NCBI GenBank assembly: GCA_035626655.1
Contig: DASPNF010000011.1
Origin: Allosphingosinicella sp.
GTDB taxonomy: Bacteria > Pseudomonadota > Alphaproteobacteria > Sphingomonadales > Sphingomonadaceae
Direction: 5' to 3' (one strand)
Length of the DNA stretch: 64,000 bases
In this document: positions 37,041 to 46,427 of the stretch, piece after piece
Numbering within the stretch: position 1 is the first letter of the stretch
How the letters are laid out: each line of letters starts with the position of its first letter
Notes under the pieces: generated by a model
Told to the model about the DNA's origin: nothing
The model's database searches: none
Seen by the model: only the letters and a program-made list of their open reading frames with translations
Position numbers and translations under genes: made by a program

Positions 37041-39091
37041 GCGCCGGTCAGCGCACCCTCGGTCAGCCGGGTATCACGCTCGTCGTCATCGGGCGGGCGG
37101 AGGCCCTCATCCTCGGGCGGCAGACCCTCGTCCGGGCGGAAGATCTCGTCGCGCGGCGGCGGGCCGTCGCGCTCGACCGGATTGCCGTCGGCGTCGACAA
37201 AGGGCTCGTCATTGGGCGGGGCGATTTCCAGCAGCGCATTGTCGCCGCCCTCCACCTCCCATTCGGGGCCGGTGGCGTCGGTCTGGAACTGCTCGACCGG
37301 CCGGTTGGCGACGGCGCGGACCATGAGATCGTGGAAGGCGCGCGCGGGCGCCTGGCCGCCCGAAAGGCCGGGCAGGGCGCGATTGTCGTCCCGGCCCATC
37401 CAGACGCCGGTGGTGAGCCCGCTCGAAAAGCCGATGAACCAGCCGTCCTTGTTGGAGCTGGTCGTGCCGGTCTTGCCCGCGGTCGGCCGGCCCAGGGCCG
37501 CGCCGCGGCCGGTGCCGTGCTCGACCACGCCCTGCAGCAACTCGGTCATCTGCGCCGCCACCCAGGGCGCGACGAGCACGCGCGGCTCGTCCGTCGGATG
37601 CTGGTAGAGGAGAGTGCCGTCCGCCGTCGTCACCCGGCGGATGCCGTAGGGCGTCACCCCGACGCCGCCGCGCGCCACCGAGGCATAGGCCCGGGTCATG
37701 TCGATCAGCCGCACGGAGTTCGAGCCCAGCGCCATCGATGGATTGGTCTCGATCCGCGTCGTCAGGCCGAAGCGGCGGGCCATGTCGGCCACGGCGCTGG
37801 TCCCGACCTGCTGGGCGAGGCGCACCGCCACCGTGTTCACCGAATAGGCGAAGGCGATGCGGATCGGGATCGGGCCCATGAAGCGGCCGTTGCTGTTGCG
37901 CGGCGACCAGCCGCCGATCGTGATCGGCTCGTCGGCGACATTGCTCTCGGGCCGGTACCCCGATTCGAGCGCGGTCAGATAGACGAACAATTTGAACGAG
38001 GAGCCGGCCTGGCGGTTGGCCTGGGTCGCCCGGTTGTAGCTGGAGCCGACATAGTCGCGGCCGCCGACCATCGTCCGCACGGCCCCGTCCCGGTCGAGCG
38101 TGACCATGGCGCCCTGCGCGCCGCGCGGCGTGTTGGCGTTGATCGAGGCGCTGGCGGCGCGCTGCATGTTGGGATCGATCGTCGTCCAGACGTCGAGCGG
38201 CGCCCGGCTCTCGTCGATCAGCGTGTCGAGCTGGGGCAGCACCCAGTCGATGAAGTAGCGGTTGCTGTCCTGCCGCTGGGCGACGCGGGCGAGCTGGATG
38301 GAATCGATGTCGGCACCGTCGGCTTGGGCCTGGGTGATCGCGCCATTCTCGACCATCAGCCCGAGCGCGACGCGGCCGCGGTCCCGCGCGGCGGCGAGAT
38401 CGGCGGTCGGCGAGTAATTTGAGGGCGCCTTGACCAAGCCGGCGATGATCGCGGCCTCGGCGACGCTGAGCTGGGTCGCGCTGTGGCCGAAGAAGCGGCG
38501 CGAAGCGGCATCGATGCCATAGGCGCCGCCGCCGAAATAGACGCGGTTCAGATAGAGTTCGAGGATCTGCTCCTTGCTGAACTGCCATTCGAGCGCCAGC
38601 GCCAGGATGCCCTCGCGCAGCTTGCGGGCGAAGGTACGGTCGCTGTTCAGGAAGATGTTGCGGGCGAGCTGCTGGGTGATGGTGGAGCCGCCCTGCCGCC
38701 AGCGCCCCTCGGTGATCCTGAGCCAGGTGGCGCGGACCATGCCGATCGGGTCGACGCCCGGATGATTGCGGAAGCGCCGGTCCTCGACCGCGATGATCGC
38801 CTCGCGCATGACCGGCGGGATCCGCTCATAGGGGATCCACTCGCCGAAGCTCGGCCCCATCGTCTGGATGATCTGGCCATTGGCGGCGCGCACCCGGATC
38901 ATCTGGCCGAGATCGTCGCGCCGGACCATCTCCGGAAAGCTGGGCAGCTGGCTGACCGCGACCGAGACGGCGATCACGAGCGCCACCGCGGCGATCACGA
39001 AGGTGTAGAGCGAGACCTTGAGCGTCGCGATCAGATAGCGCTTGAAGCGCGAACGCTGCTTCGGTCCCGGGTCTTCAGCGGCAGTTGCCAT
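37037..39091 (-). CDS. Class A penicillin-binding protein (transglycosylase/transpeptidase, PBP1A family)
   Basis: TM anchor, GT51 motifs (AVEDRRFRNHPG, GGSTITQQL, RKLRE), SSFK transpeptidase serine and KTGTT. 684 aa. Confidence 0.93.
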   Translation of the reverse strand: MATAAEDPGPKQRSRFKRYLIATLKVSLYTFVIAAVALVIAVSVAVSQLPSFPEMVRRDDLGQMIRVRAANGQIIQTMGPSFGEWIPYERIPPVMREAIIAVEDRRFRNHPGVDPIGMVRATWLRITEGRWRQGGSTITQQLARNIFLNSDRTFARKLREGILALALEWQFSKEQILELYLNRVYFGGGAYGIDAASRRFFGHSATQLSVAEAAIIAGLVKAPSNYSPTADLAAARDRGRVALGLMVENGAITQAQADGADIDSIQLARVAQRQDSNRYFIDWVLPQLDTLIDESRAPLDVWTTIDPNMQRAASASINANTPRGAQGAMVTLDRDGAVRTMVGGRDYVGSSYNRATQANRQAGSSFKLFVYLTALESGYRPESNVADEPITIGGWSPRNSNGRFMGPIPIRIAFAYSVNTVAVRLAQQVGTSAVADMARRFGLTTRIETNPSMALGSNSVRLIDMTRAYASVARGGVGVTPYGIRRVTTADGTLLYQHPTDEPRVLVAPWVAAQMTELLQGVVEHGTGRGAALGRPTAGKTGTTSSNKDGWFIGFSSGLTTGVWMGRDDNRALPGLSGGQAPARAFHDLMVRAVANRPVEQFQTDATGPEWEVEGGDNALLEIAPPNDEPFVDADGNPVERDGPPPRDEIFRPDEGLPPEDEGLRPPDDDERDTRLTEGALTGA

Positions 39092-39099
39092 GGCGGGTT

Positions 39100-39370
39100 A
39101 GGACCCAAACTTGGTGCCGGAGTGGGCCGTGATCGGCCGGAGAAGCCGGCTGGGTAGGAGAGTGCCGAAGGCCGGGCCCGGCAGCCCGGACAAGGGGCTC
39201 GACGCCGCCAGCCGGCTTCTCCGGCCGACCGCGTAGCGGCGGGCTGTCCTTTGCCGCCTGGCGACGTCGCCGCGGCGGTCACGATGAATGATCATCGCTC
39301 CCTTCTTGCTCCTTGCCAGACGACAAATGCCAACCCGTCACGACCGCCTCCGGCACCAAGTTTGGGTCCT
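39100..39370. repeat. 271-bp nested inverted-repeat element (MITE-like or structured RNA leader)
   Basis: Perfect 23-bp arms at 39100-39122 and 39348-39370. Perfect 20-bp inner arms at 39134-39153 and 39208-39227. Lies 8 nt upstream of the PBP1A ATG. Confidence 0.8.
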
Positions 39371-39524
39371 TTGGATAGAGTCGGCGAGTCACGGGGGCAA
39401 GCAGAAGCGCGTTCCGGCTTAACGCCGCCTTACTTGCCGTCCCGGCCGGCGCCGTCGTGGCCGAGGAAAGTCGTCTGGCGCGACTTTTGCGCGGTTGCTA
39501 GAGGGGCGGCAGAGGAAGCTCGCC

Positions 39525-40679
39525 ATGTCCGACGTCGCCCGCCTGCGCCCCGTGCCCGACGACCGGGAGGATCTCAGCCTCCCCGGCTGGGTCTATCACG
39601 ATCCGGACTATTATCGCGTGGAGATGAAGCGGCTGATCCGCCCCGCCTGGCAGATCGTCTGCCATGCCAACGACATCCCAGGCGCCGGCGACTGGCGCAC
39701 GCTGGAGATTGACGGCGAATCCATCCTCGTCATCCGCGGCGCCGACCGGGCGATCCGGGCGTTCGCCAATGTCTGCCGGCACCGCGGCTCGCGCCTCGTC
39801 GACGGCGAGGCGGGCTGCGCTAAACGGCTCACCTGCCCCTATCATGCCTGGACCTATGCCAGCGACGGCCGCCTCGTCGGGGTGCCGATGAAGGAGCATT
39901 ATCCGGGGCTGGACTTGACCGCGCTCGGCCTGCTCCCGGTCGAGCTGGAGCTCTGGCGCGGTTTCGCCTTCGTGCGGCTGGAAGGAGGGGGGCCGAGCGT
40001 CGCACAGATGATGGCGCCCTATGAGGCGGAGGTGGCGCCGCATCGGTTCGAGGAGCTGCAGGCGATCGGCCGGATCACGCTGCGCCCGCGCGACGTCAAC
40101 TGGAAGAATGTCGCCGACAATTATTCGGACGGGCTGCACATCAACGTCGCCCATCCCGGCCTGACCCGCCTGTTCGGCACGGGCTACGGGATCGAGGCCG
40201 GTCCCCATGTCGACCGGATGTGGGGCGACCTGCTGGACCGGCCGTCGGCCAATCCCTCGGAGCGCGCCTATCAGCATTTCCTGCCCGCAGGGGCGGGACG
40301 GCGCTGGCTCTATTTCAAGCTCTGGCCGAATGTCGCCTTCGACATTTATCCCGACCAGGTCGATTTCATGCATTTCGTGCCGGTCGGGCCGACCGAGACG
40401 ATGATCCGCGAGATCAGCTACGCGCTGCCGGACGACCGCCGGGAGATGCGCGCGGCGCGCTACCTGAACTGGCGGATCAACCGCCAGGTCAATGCCGAGG
40501 ACGCCACGCTCATCCGCCGCGTCCAGCAGGGCATGCATTCGGCTTATTACCGCCCCGGGCCGCTGGGCAGCAGCGAGGTCTGCCTCAGGAGCTTCGCGCA
40601 GAAGCTCAGGCGGCTGATTCCGGAGACGAGGCTGGATTCGCCGCCGGCGCCCGGCTGGGGCGCTTTGCCAGGCGCATGA
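39525..40679 (+). CDS. Rieske [2Fe-2S] aromatic-ring-hydroxylating oxygenase, alpha subunit family
   Basis: CRHRGSRL...CPYHAWTY Rieske motif. ATG at 39525. Confidence 0.88.
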   Translation: MSDVARLRPVPDDREDLSLPGWVYHDPDYYRVEMKRLIRPAWQIVCHANDIPGAGDWRTLEIDGESILVIRGADRAIRAFANVCRHRGSRLVDGEAGCAKRLTCPYHAWTYASDGRLVGVPMKEHYPGLDLTALGLLPVELELWRGFAFVRLEGGGPSVAQMMAPYEAEVAPHRFEELQAIGRITLRPRDVNWKNVADNYSDGLHINVAHPGLTRLFGTGYGIEAGPHVDRMWGDLLDRPSANPSERAYQHFLPAGAGRRWLYFKLWPNVAFDIYPDQVDFMHFVPVGPTETMIREISYALPDDRREMRAARYLNWRINRQVNAEDATLIRRVQQGMHSAYYRPGPLGSSEVCLRSFAQKLRRLIPETRLDSPPAPGWGALPGA

Positions 40680-41967
40680 TCAGATAGAGCGGCAACCCGA
40701 CCAGGGTCATGCCGATGCTCCACAGGCTCGCCTCGATCCCTGCGCCGTAAAGCGCCCAGAGCGAATAGACGAGGCCGGCCAAAGCGATGGCGACGAATGT
40801 GGCCGACGTCTCGATCTGCCCGTTTGCCGCCAGCCGCAGCGCGGCCAGCGCGCCGGCGACGTAGAAGATGATCGTGACCGACGTGGTCACCAGCACCATG
40901 AACTGGAACAGGTCGGCAAGCCCGCGCGAATAATTGAGCAGGATCAGGATCGTGGCGAGCGCGCTCGAGAAGATGTGGATCCGGTAGGGCGCCTCCCGGC
41001 GATTCTCCGCGCCCAGCCAGGCGGGAAGCAGGCGCGACCGCACCAGCGACAAAGGCAGCTCACCCTGCAGCAGCACGAAGCCGTTGATCGCGCCCAGGGC
41101 GGCGATCGCTGCGAAGAGGGCGACCAAGGCGCCCGCCTGGGGGCTGACCAGCTCGCCGAAGAAGAGAGCGAAGGGCGCCTGCGAGTCCGCGATCGCGGCG
41201 GCCGGCAGCATCAGCGTGACGGCCGAGCAGGCGAGCAGGTAGATCAGCCCGGTGATCGCCGTCCCCCAGATCGTTGCGCGGGGGACGGTCCGGTCCGCAT
41301 TTTCCACGCGTTCGCCGGCCGCCATCGCGCTTTCGAAGCCGAGCATGGCGAACAGGGTGAAGGTACCGGCGGCGTTGATTCCGGCAAGATCGATCGGCAC
41401 GCTGCCATGCGGCGCGAGCGCCGTCTCGCCCCGGCCGAGCAGCCAGACAGCGACCAGGATCGCGCCGCCCAGCGGCAGGAGCTTCAGCAGGACGGTCAGC
41501 ACCTGGACGGAGCCCGCCGTGCGCACCCCCAGGCAGTTGACGAGCGTGAACAGCCAGACGACGCCGATGGCGATGCTCGCGCCGAGGGCGGGATCGGCCA
41601 GCCCGGGCGCGAGGAAGGCGAGGTTGCGGACCACGGCAACGGCGAGGGTAGCGTTGGTGACCCAGATCGAGATCCAGTAGCTCCAGGCGACGACGAAGCC
41701 GACCCCTTGTCCGAAGGCGGCCGCAGGATAGGAGAAGGGGCCGCAGCTGTCGGCGCGGCCACGTGCCAGCCGGGTCAGCACAGTCACGAGGCACAGCGTC
41801 CCGGCGATCGTCACCAGCCAGCCGTAGACGGAGTTCCAGCCGAGCGGGGCCAGGTCCCGCGGCAGCAGGAAGACGCCGGAGCCGATCATGTTGCCGACGA
41901 CGAGGGCGACGCACATCCAGAAGCCGAGCTTCCTGCGGTGGATGGTCTGTGGAGGGGCCCCCGCCAT
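40606..41967 (-). CDS. APC-family amino acid permease
   Basis: About 12 predicted TM helices, VVGNMIGSGVFLLP motif, 453 aa. Confidence 0.88.
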   Translation of the reverse strand: MAGAPPQTIHRRKLGFWMCVALVVGNMIGSGVFLLPRDLAPLGWNSVYGWLVTIAGTLCLVTVLTRLARGRADSCGPFSYPAAAFGQGVGFVVAWSYWISIWVTNATLAVAVVRNLAFLAPGLADPALGASIAIGVVWLFTLVNCLGVRTAGSVQVLTVLLKLLPLGGAILVAVWLLGRGETALAPHGSVPIDLAGINAAGTFTLFAMLGFESAMAAGERVENADRTVPRATIWGTAITGLIYLLACSAVTLMLPAAAIADSQAPFALFFGELVSPQAGALVALFAAIAALGAINGFVLLQGELPLSLVRSRLLPAWLGAENRREAPYRIHIFSSALATILILLNYSRGLADLFQFMVLVTTSVTIIFYVAGALAALRLAANGQIETSATFVAIALAGLVYSLWALYGAGIEASLWSIGMTLVGLPLYLIMRLAKRPSRAPAANPASSPESAA

Positions 41968-42031
41968 AAGCGGGTGGTGCGCTATTTTCGGGCGATGGGG
42001 AAGGGGGCCCGGCCCTTCGCTGTCGCTCGGG

Positions 42032-42078
42032 ATTCATCCAGCACAAATCGTCCCCCGGACGATTTGAGTCTGGATGAA
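42032..42078 (-). terminator. Compound hairpin downstream of tRNA-Leu
   Basis: Outer 10-bp stem attcatccag/ctggatgaat and inner 9-bp stem aaatcgtcc/ggacgattt, followed on the minus strand by TTTGTGCT. Confidence 0.5.
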
Positions 42079-42165
42079 TGGTGCGGTCGAGAAGACTCGA
42101 ACTTCCACGGCCTTTCGGCCACAGCGACCTCAACGCTGCGCGTCTACCAGTTCCGCCACGACCGC
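42079..42165 (-). tRNA. tRNA-Leu (anticodon GAG)
   Basis: Hand-folded cloverleaf: acceptor GCGGTCG/CGACCGC, anticodon stem CAGCG/CGCTG with loop TTGAGGT, long variable arm GGCC-GAAA-GGCC, TTCGAGT T-loop, encoded CCA. Confidence 0.9.
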
Positions 42166-42251
42166 ACGTGCTGCGCCGGAGGGGTTCCTCCGGCCGGTAG
42201 GAAGCGGGCCTCTAGCAGCGCTGTCAGCGATACGCAACGCCTACCACGACC

Positions 42252-42323
42252 CGTCATTGCGAGCCAAGCGAAGCAACCCGGCAAGGTCCAGATTGCCGCG
42301 TCGCTCCGCTCCTCGCAATGACG
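42252..42323. repeat. 72-bp REP-like palindromic element, copy B (inverted relative to copy A)
   Basis: CGTCATTGCGAG...CTCGCAATGACG, between tRNA-Leu and the pfk stop. Confidence 0.85.
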
Positions 42324-42333
42324 GAGAAAGCCC

Positions 42334-43434
42334 TCAGTACAGGAACATCGGCATGCCCTCGACGCGCATCAGCCGCGCGCGATAGGCGGCGCGGTCGTAG
42401 AGGGCGCTGACGTCGACCGACTTCTTGCCCTTGAGCAAAGTGTCGATCGGGACGTGGCTGTAATTGCCGTCCGAGAGGGTCACCATTCGCCCCGCCTCAC
42501 CCCGCTCGATCAGCTGCACGGCGAGCCCGCCGAAGGCGAAGCCGACCATCCGGTCCATCGCGTCCGGCTCGCCCGAGCGCATCAGGTAAGCGAGCTCCTG
42601 GATGACGACGCCCTCGCCGAGCCGCGCGGTGATCTCGTTGCCCAGCCGCTGGCCGATGCCGATGTCGCCGCGCTGGCTGGCGGGCTTGGACATCTCGCCC
42701 TCGCCATTCGCCTCGCCGGCGATGCTCGCCCCCTCGGAGATCACGCACATCGCATAATGGGCCGGATTGCTGGCCTTGTCCTCCGCGAGCAGGGGCAGCA
42801 GCACGTCGAGATCGGCCGGCACCTCGGCGATCACCGTCCGGTCGACCTGGGCGAGGAAGCCCGCAAGCAAGGCGGTCTCGCCGCTCCGCCGGCCGAACAA
42901 TTCGATCACGCCGATCCGCTCATGGCTCTCGACCGTGGTCCTCAGCGCATTGATCGCCTCGACCGAGCGGCTGACCGCGGTCGAGAAGCCGATGCAATAA
43001 TCCGTGCCGAACACGTCATTGTCCATCGTCTTGGGCACGGAGACCACCGGCACGCCCTGCGCGGAGAGATGGGCGGAGAAGCGCAGGGTGCCGTCGCCGC
43101 CGAGTGTCACCATGGCGTCGATGCCGAGCGCGTCGAGCACGCTCAGCACGTCGCCGGTGCGGTCGCCTTCCGCCATCGTCCGCGGGTCGCGGCGCGAGGT
43201 GTGGAGCACGGTGCCGCCGGTCCGGTCGATCCCGCGCACCGTTTCCCGGTTCAGCTCCAGGCTGTTCGCAGCGATGCTGTCCGGATCGGCCGGGTCGATC
43301 GCCATCACCCCTTCCCAGCCCCGCCGGAAGCCGGTCACCGCCCAGCCGAGCGCGTCGGCCGAGAGCACGACGGAGCGGATGCAGGCGTTGAGCCCGGGCA
43401 CGTCGCCGCCGCCGGTCAGTATTCCTATGCGCAT
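42334..43434 (-). CDS. 6-phosphofructokinase family protein (ATP- or PPi-dependent)
   Basis: MRIGILTGGGDVPGLNACIR and TLGGDGT, PKTMDND motifs. Confidence 0.88.
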   Translation of the reverse strand: MRIGILTGGGDVPGLNACIRSVVLSADALGWAVTGFRRGWEGVMAIDPADPDSIAANSLELNRETVRGIDRTGGTVLHTSRRDPRTMAEGDRTGDVLSVLDALGIDAMVTLGGDGTLRFSAHLSAQGVPVVSVPKTMDNDVFGTDYCIGFSTAVSRSVEAINALRTTVESHERIGVIELFGRRSGETALLAGFLAQVDRTVIAEVPADLDVLLPLLAEDKASNPAHYAMCVISEGASIAGEANGEGEMSKPASQRGDIGIGQRLGNEITARLGEGVVIQELAYLMRSGEPDAMDRMVGFAFGGLAVQLIERGEAGRMVTLSDGNYSHVPIDTLLKGKKSVDVSALYDRAAYRARLMRVEGMPMFLY

Positions 43435-43458
43435 CCCGACCGTCTATCGGCGGGCGCG

Positions 43459-44832
43459 ATGGAGGACAACCTGAGAGACGGATGGCGTGGCGAGGCCGGG
43501 CGCATCTTGCGCCTGGCCTGGCCGATCATGCTGACCAGCCTCAACTGGACGCTCATGCACATGATCGACGTCGCCGTGGTCGGCCATTACGGCACGGCCG
43601 AGCTGGCGGCGCTGGGGGCGAGCCGCACCGTCACCTTCATCGTCCTCGTCATGGGCTTTGCCGGGCTCACCGGCATTCTCGTCTTCGCCGCGCGCGCGGA
43701 CGGCGGGGAGCGCTATGCCGAGACCGGCGACATCTTCCGCTCGGGCCTCGCGCTCGCCCTGATCGTCGGCGTGGTCAGCGCCGCCGTGCTCGGCATCTTC
43801 GCCTTCGACCTGCTCGGCCTGTTCGGCGTCGAGCGGGCGCTGCAGCGGCCCGGCGCCAATGTCGTCCAGGCGATGGCGCTCGGCTTTCCGGCGCAGTTGT
43901 TGCTCGGCGCGGCCTCTTATTTCCTGGAGGGGATCAGCCGGCCGCAGCGGGTGATGACCGTCAACCTGCTCATGCTTCCGGTCAACGGCCTGCTCGCCTG
44001 GGCCTGGGTGGGCGGCCATTGGGGGCTGCCCGCCCTCGGCGCGGTCGGCGCCGCCTATGCGACCGCGACCGTCTCCTGGGCCGGGGCGCTGGCGATGATC
44101 CTGATCGTCTGGTTCCTGCCGCGGGCGGCGGCGCGGCGGGTGCGCGATTTCAGTGGCCCGGCCTTGCTCCGGGCGCTGAAGGGGGCGGGGCCGCTCGCCT
44201 GGTTCGGCCTCGTGCCAGCGCTCGGCGCGACCCTTGAGCTGGCCGGCTTCTCGACCCTGATGGTGCTTTCCACCCAGCTCGGCAATGCCGCGGCCGGCGC
44301 CTTCCAGGCCATGCTCTCCATCCACAATATCGCCTTCGCGCTCTCCATGGGCTTCGGCTCGGCGGCGGGCGTGCGGGTCGGCAATGCGGTGGGCGCGGGC
44401 GAGCCGGACCAGGCCTGGCCGCGGGCGATGCTCGCCGCGACCCTGTGCGCCGGCTTGCTGGCGCTCATCTCGCTGCTGCTCGTCTCGGCCTCCGCTGTCC
44501 TCGTCTGGCCCTTCTCCGACGATCCCGAGGTGCTTGCCCTCGCCGCCCTGATGCTTTCGATCATGGGCGCCTTCCTCGTCTTCGACGGCCTGCAATATGT
44601 GTTCGGCGCCTCGCTTCGTTCGCTCGGCGAGCAGGTCTGGGCCGGAATAAACGGGATCATCGGCTTCTTCCTGATCACGGGCGGCACCGGGCTGCTGCTG
44701 GTCAGGAACGGCTGGGGCCCGGGCGGCCTCGCCTTCGCCGCCGGCATCGGCATGCTCGCCACCGCCGCGCTCCAGTTCGGCCGCTTCTTTTACGTGCTGA
44801 AGCTCAGGAGATCGGGCCGAAGCTCAGGCTGA
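43459..44832 (+). CDS. MATE-family efflux transporter
   Basis: Internal ATG at 43459, [13 protein letters not shown]-terminus, about 12 TM helices. The upstream part of ORF 42454.. is antisense to pfk. Confidence 0.85.
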   Translation: MEDNLRDGWRGEAGRILRLAWPIMLTSLNWTLMHMIDVAVVGHYGTAELAALGASRTVTFIVLVMGFAGLTGILVFAARADGGERYAETGDIFRSGLALALIVGVVSAAVLGIFAFDLLGLFGVERALQRPGANVVQAMALGFPAQLLLGAASYFLEGISRPQRVMTVNLLMLPVNGLLAWAWVGGHWGLPALGAVGAAYATATVSWAGALAMILIVWFLPRAAARRVRDFSGPALLRALKGAGPLAWFGLVPALGATLELAGFSTLMVLSTQLGNAAAGAFQAMLSIHNIAFALSMGFGSAAGVRVGNAVGAGEPDQAWPRAMLAATLCAGLLALISLLLVSASAVLVWPFSDDPEVLALAALMLSIMGAFLVFDGLQYVFGASLRSLGEQVWAGINGIIGFFLITGGTGLLLVRNGWGPGGLAFAAGIGMLATAALQFGRFFYVLKLRRSGRSSG

Positions 44833-45529
44833 GCTGGCGGCCGCCCGCGGGCACGTCCCGCTCGGCGCTGTCGAAGCGGCGGGTCTCGCGCGGCGCGAGG
44901 TCGCGCACCGGCGGCGCGATCGACCAGCTGTGGACGACGCGGCCCTGCCCGTCGCGCAGCTCGGCCCGGATCTGCGGCACGCGCTGGGTCTCGTCGCTGG
45001 TGTTGGTGATCTCGCCATGCAGGACGAGCAGGTCCTGCCCGCTCGCCAGCCTTGTGCGCTCGGTCGTGCCGTTGATGGTCAGCGCATTGGCGCTCTGCAC
45101 CGGCAGGAAAACCCGGCGCACCGCCTCCGGAAGGCCGAAGACCTGCAGCGCGACGACGCCGGCGACCATCAGCAAAGCCGCGACGATGGCGATGATCGTC
45201 CACATTCTCGCCCGGTTGCGGCGCGGCCGGCGGCCGGGCTCCCACTCCTCCTGGACCGGCTCCGGCTCGGGCTCGGGCGCCGGCTCCTCCGGCCGGGTCC
45301 AGCTCGGCGGGGGTGGCGGCTCGGGCCGGGGGGCGACGGCGGGCGGGGCGGGGACGGGCGGTTCGGCGGCGGCCTGCTCGGCCGAGGCGGCCATGTCGAG
45401 ATCGAGCGCGGGCGGGTCCTGCACCCAGGAATAGCGGCAATTGGCGCAGCGCACGCGGCGCCCGGTCGGTCCGATCGCGCTGTCCGGCACGACATAGCGG
45501 GTCTTGCAGGACGGGCAGGAGAGGATCAT
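44804..45529 (-). CDS. MJ0042-type zinc-ribbon protein with TM and DUF3426-like C-terminal domain
   Basis: [16 protein letters not shown]...RVRCANC, Pro/Glu-rich linker, one TM helix. Confidence 0.8.
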   Translation of the reverse strand: MILSCPSCKTRYVVPDSAIGPTGRRVRCANCRYSWVQDPPALDLDMAASAEQAAAEPPVPAPPAVAPRPEPPPPPSWTRPEEPAPEPEPEPVQEEWEPGRRPRRNRARMWTIIAIVAALLMVAGVVALQVFGLPEAVRRVFLPVQSANALTINGTTERTRLASGQDLLVLHGEITNTSDETQRVPQIRAELRDGQGRVVHSWSIAPPVRDLAPRETRRFDSAERDVPAGGRQLSLSFGPIS

Positions 45530-45652
45530 CGGCTACGCGCGCTCTCGGGACTGGTTGCCGACTCTAAGCACGGGCGAGTCGCCTGTTGCAAGCGTGTGAC
45601 GGCCCGAAAGGGTCCGTCGAAGGGCGTAATGCTTGAAGCGGACCGCACCGGC

Positions 45653-46417
45653 ATGCCATTGCTGCCCCCAGGCAGAGCATTGGGGGCAGGGAGCGAACCG
45701 CTGAACACGAGCGGAGCGATCGTTCAATTCGAGAATGTCGGGCTGCGCTACGGCACCGGCGCCGAGACGCTGTCCGATCTCGCCTTCACCCTGCGCGAAG
45801 GCGGGTTCTACTTCCTCACCGGCCCGTCCGGCGCCGGCAAGACGTCATTGCTGAAACTGCTCTATCTCGCGCTCAGGCCCAGCCGTGGCCTGATCCGGCT
45901 GTTCGGCCAGGACATCGTCACCATGCCGCGCGACCGGCTGCCCGGATTCCGGCGGCGGATCGGCGTCGTCTTCCAGGATTTCCGGCTGGTCCCGCATTTG
46001 TCGACCTTCGACAATGTCGCGCTGCCGCTCAGGGTCGCGGGGGTCGCCGACAAGGATCTGGAGACGCCGGTCAGGGAGATGCTCGCCTGGGTCGGCCTCG
46101 CCGACCGGGCCAGCGCGCGGCCGGCAACCCTCTCGGGCGGGGAGCAGCAGCGCGTCGCCATCGCCCGGGCGGTGATCGGCCGGCCCGAGCTGCTGGTCGC
46201 CGACGAGCCGACCGGCAACGTCGATCCGGACATGGCCCGGCGGCTGCTCTTTCTGTTCGACAGCCTCAACAAGCTCGGCACCACGATCGTCGTCGCGACC
46301 CACGATCTGCATCTGCTGACCGAGATCCAGCGCGCCGAGATGCTGCGCCTTGACCGCGGCCAGATCGCCGACCCGACCGGCGCGCTCCGCCACCCGCCCA
46401 AGCGGGCGGAGCAATGA
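45653..46417 (+). CDS. ftsE: Cell division ATP-binding protein FtsE
   Basis: GPSGAGKTS Walker A, LSGGEQQRVAIARA signature, LLVADEPTGN Walker B. Start is ATG 45653 or 45629. Confidence 0.9.
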   Translation: MPLLPPGRALGAGSEPLNTSGAIVQFENVGLRYGTGAETLSDLAFTLREGGFYFLTGPSGAGKTSLLKLLYLALRPSRGLIRLFGQDIVTMPRDRLPGFRRRIGVVFQDFRLVPHLSTFDNVALPLRVAGVADKDLETPVREMLAWVGLADRASARPATLSGGEQQRVAIARAVIGRPELLVADEPTGNVDPDMARRLLFLFDSLNKLGTTIVVATHDLHLLTEIQRAEMLRLDRGQIADPTGALRHPPKRAEQ

Positions 46418-46427
46418 GGGCGCCCCG

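Noticed and set aside
39251-39712. 153-aa plus-strand ORF running from the inverted-repeat element into the Rieske oxygenase gene.
   Set aside because: It is out of frame with the well-supported Rieske CDS (ATG at 39525) and has a Pro/Arg-rich translation. I treat it as spurious.
42166-42333. Possible integrated element next to tRNA-Leu(GAG).
   Set aside because: There is no integrase, no direct repeat of the tRNA 3' end and no compositional island. The flanks are ordinary metabolic genes and one REP-like hairpin.
42454-43458. 335-codon N-terminal extension of the MATE transporter ORF (ORF 42454..44832).
   Set aside because: The extension is antisense to the phosphofructokinase gene and non-membrane-like. 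The MATE homology starts at the ATG at 43459.
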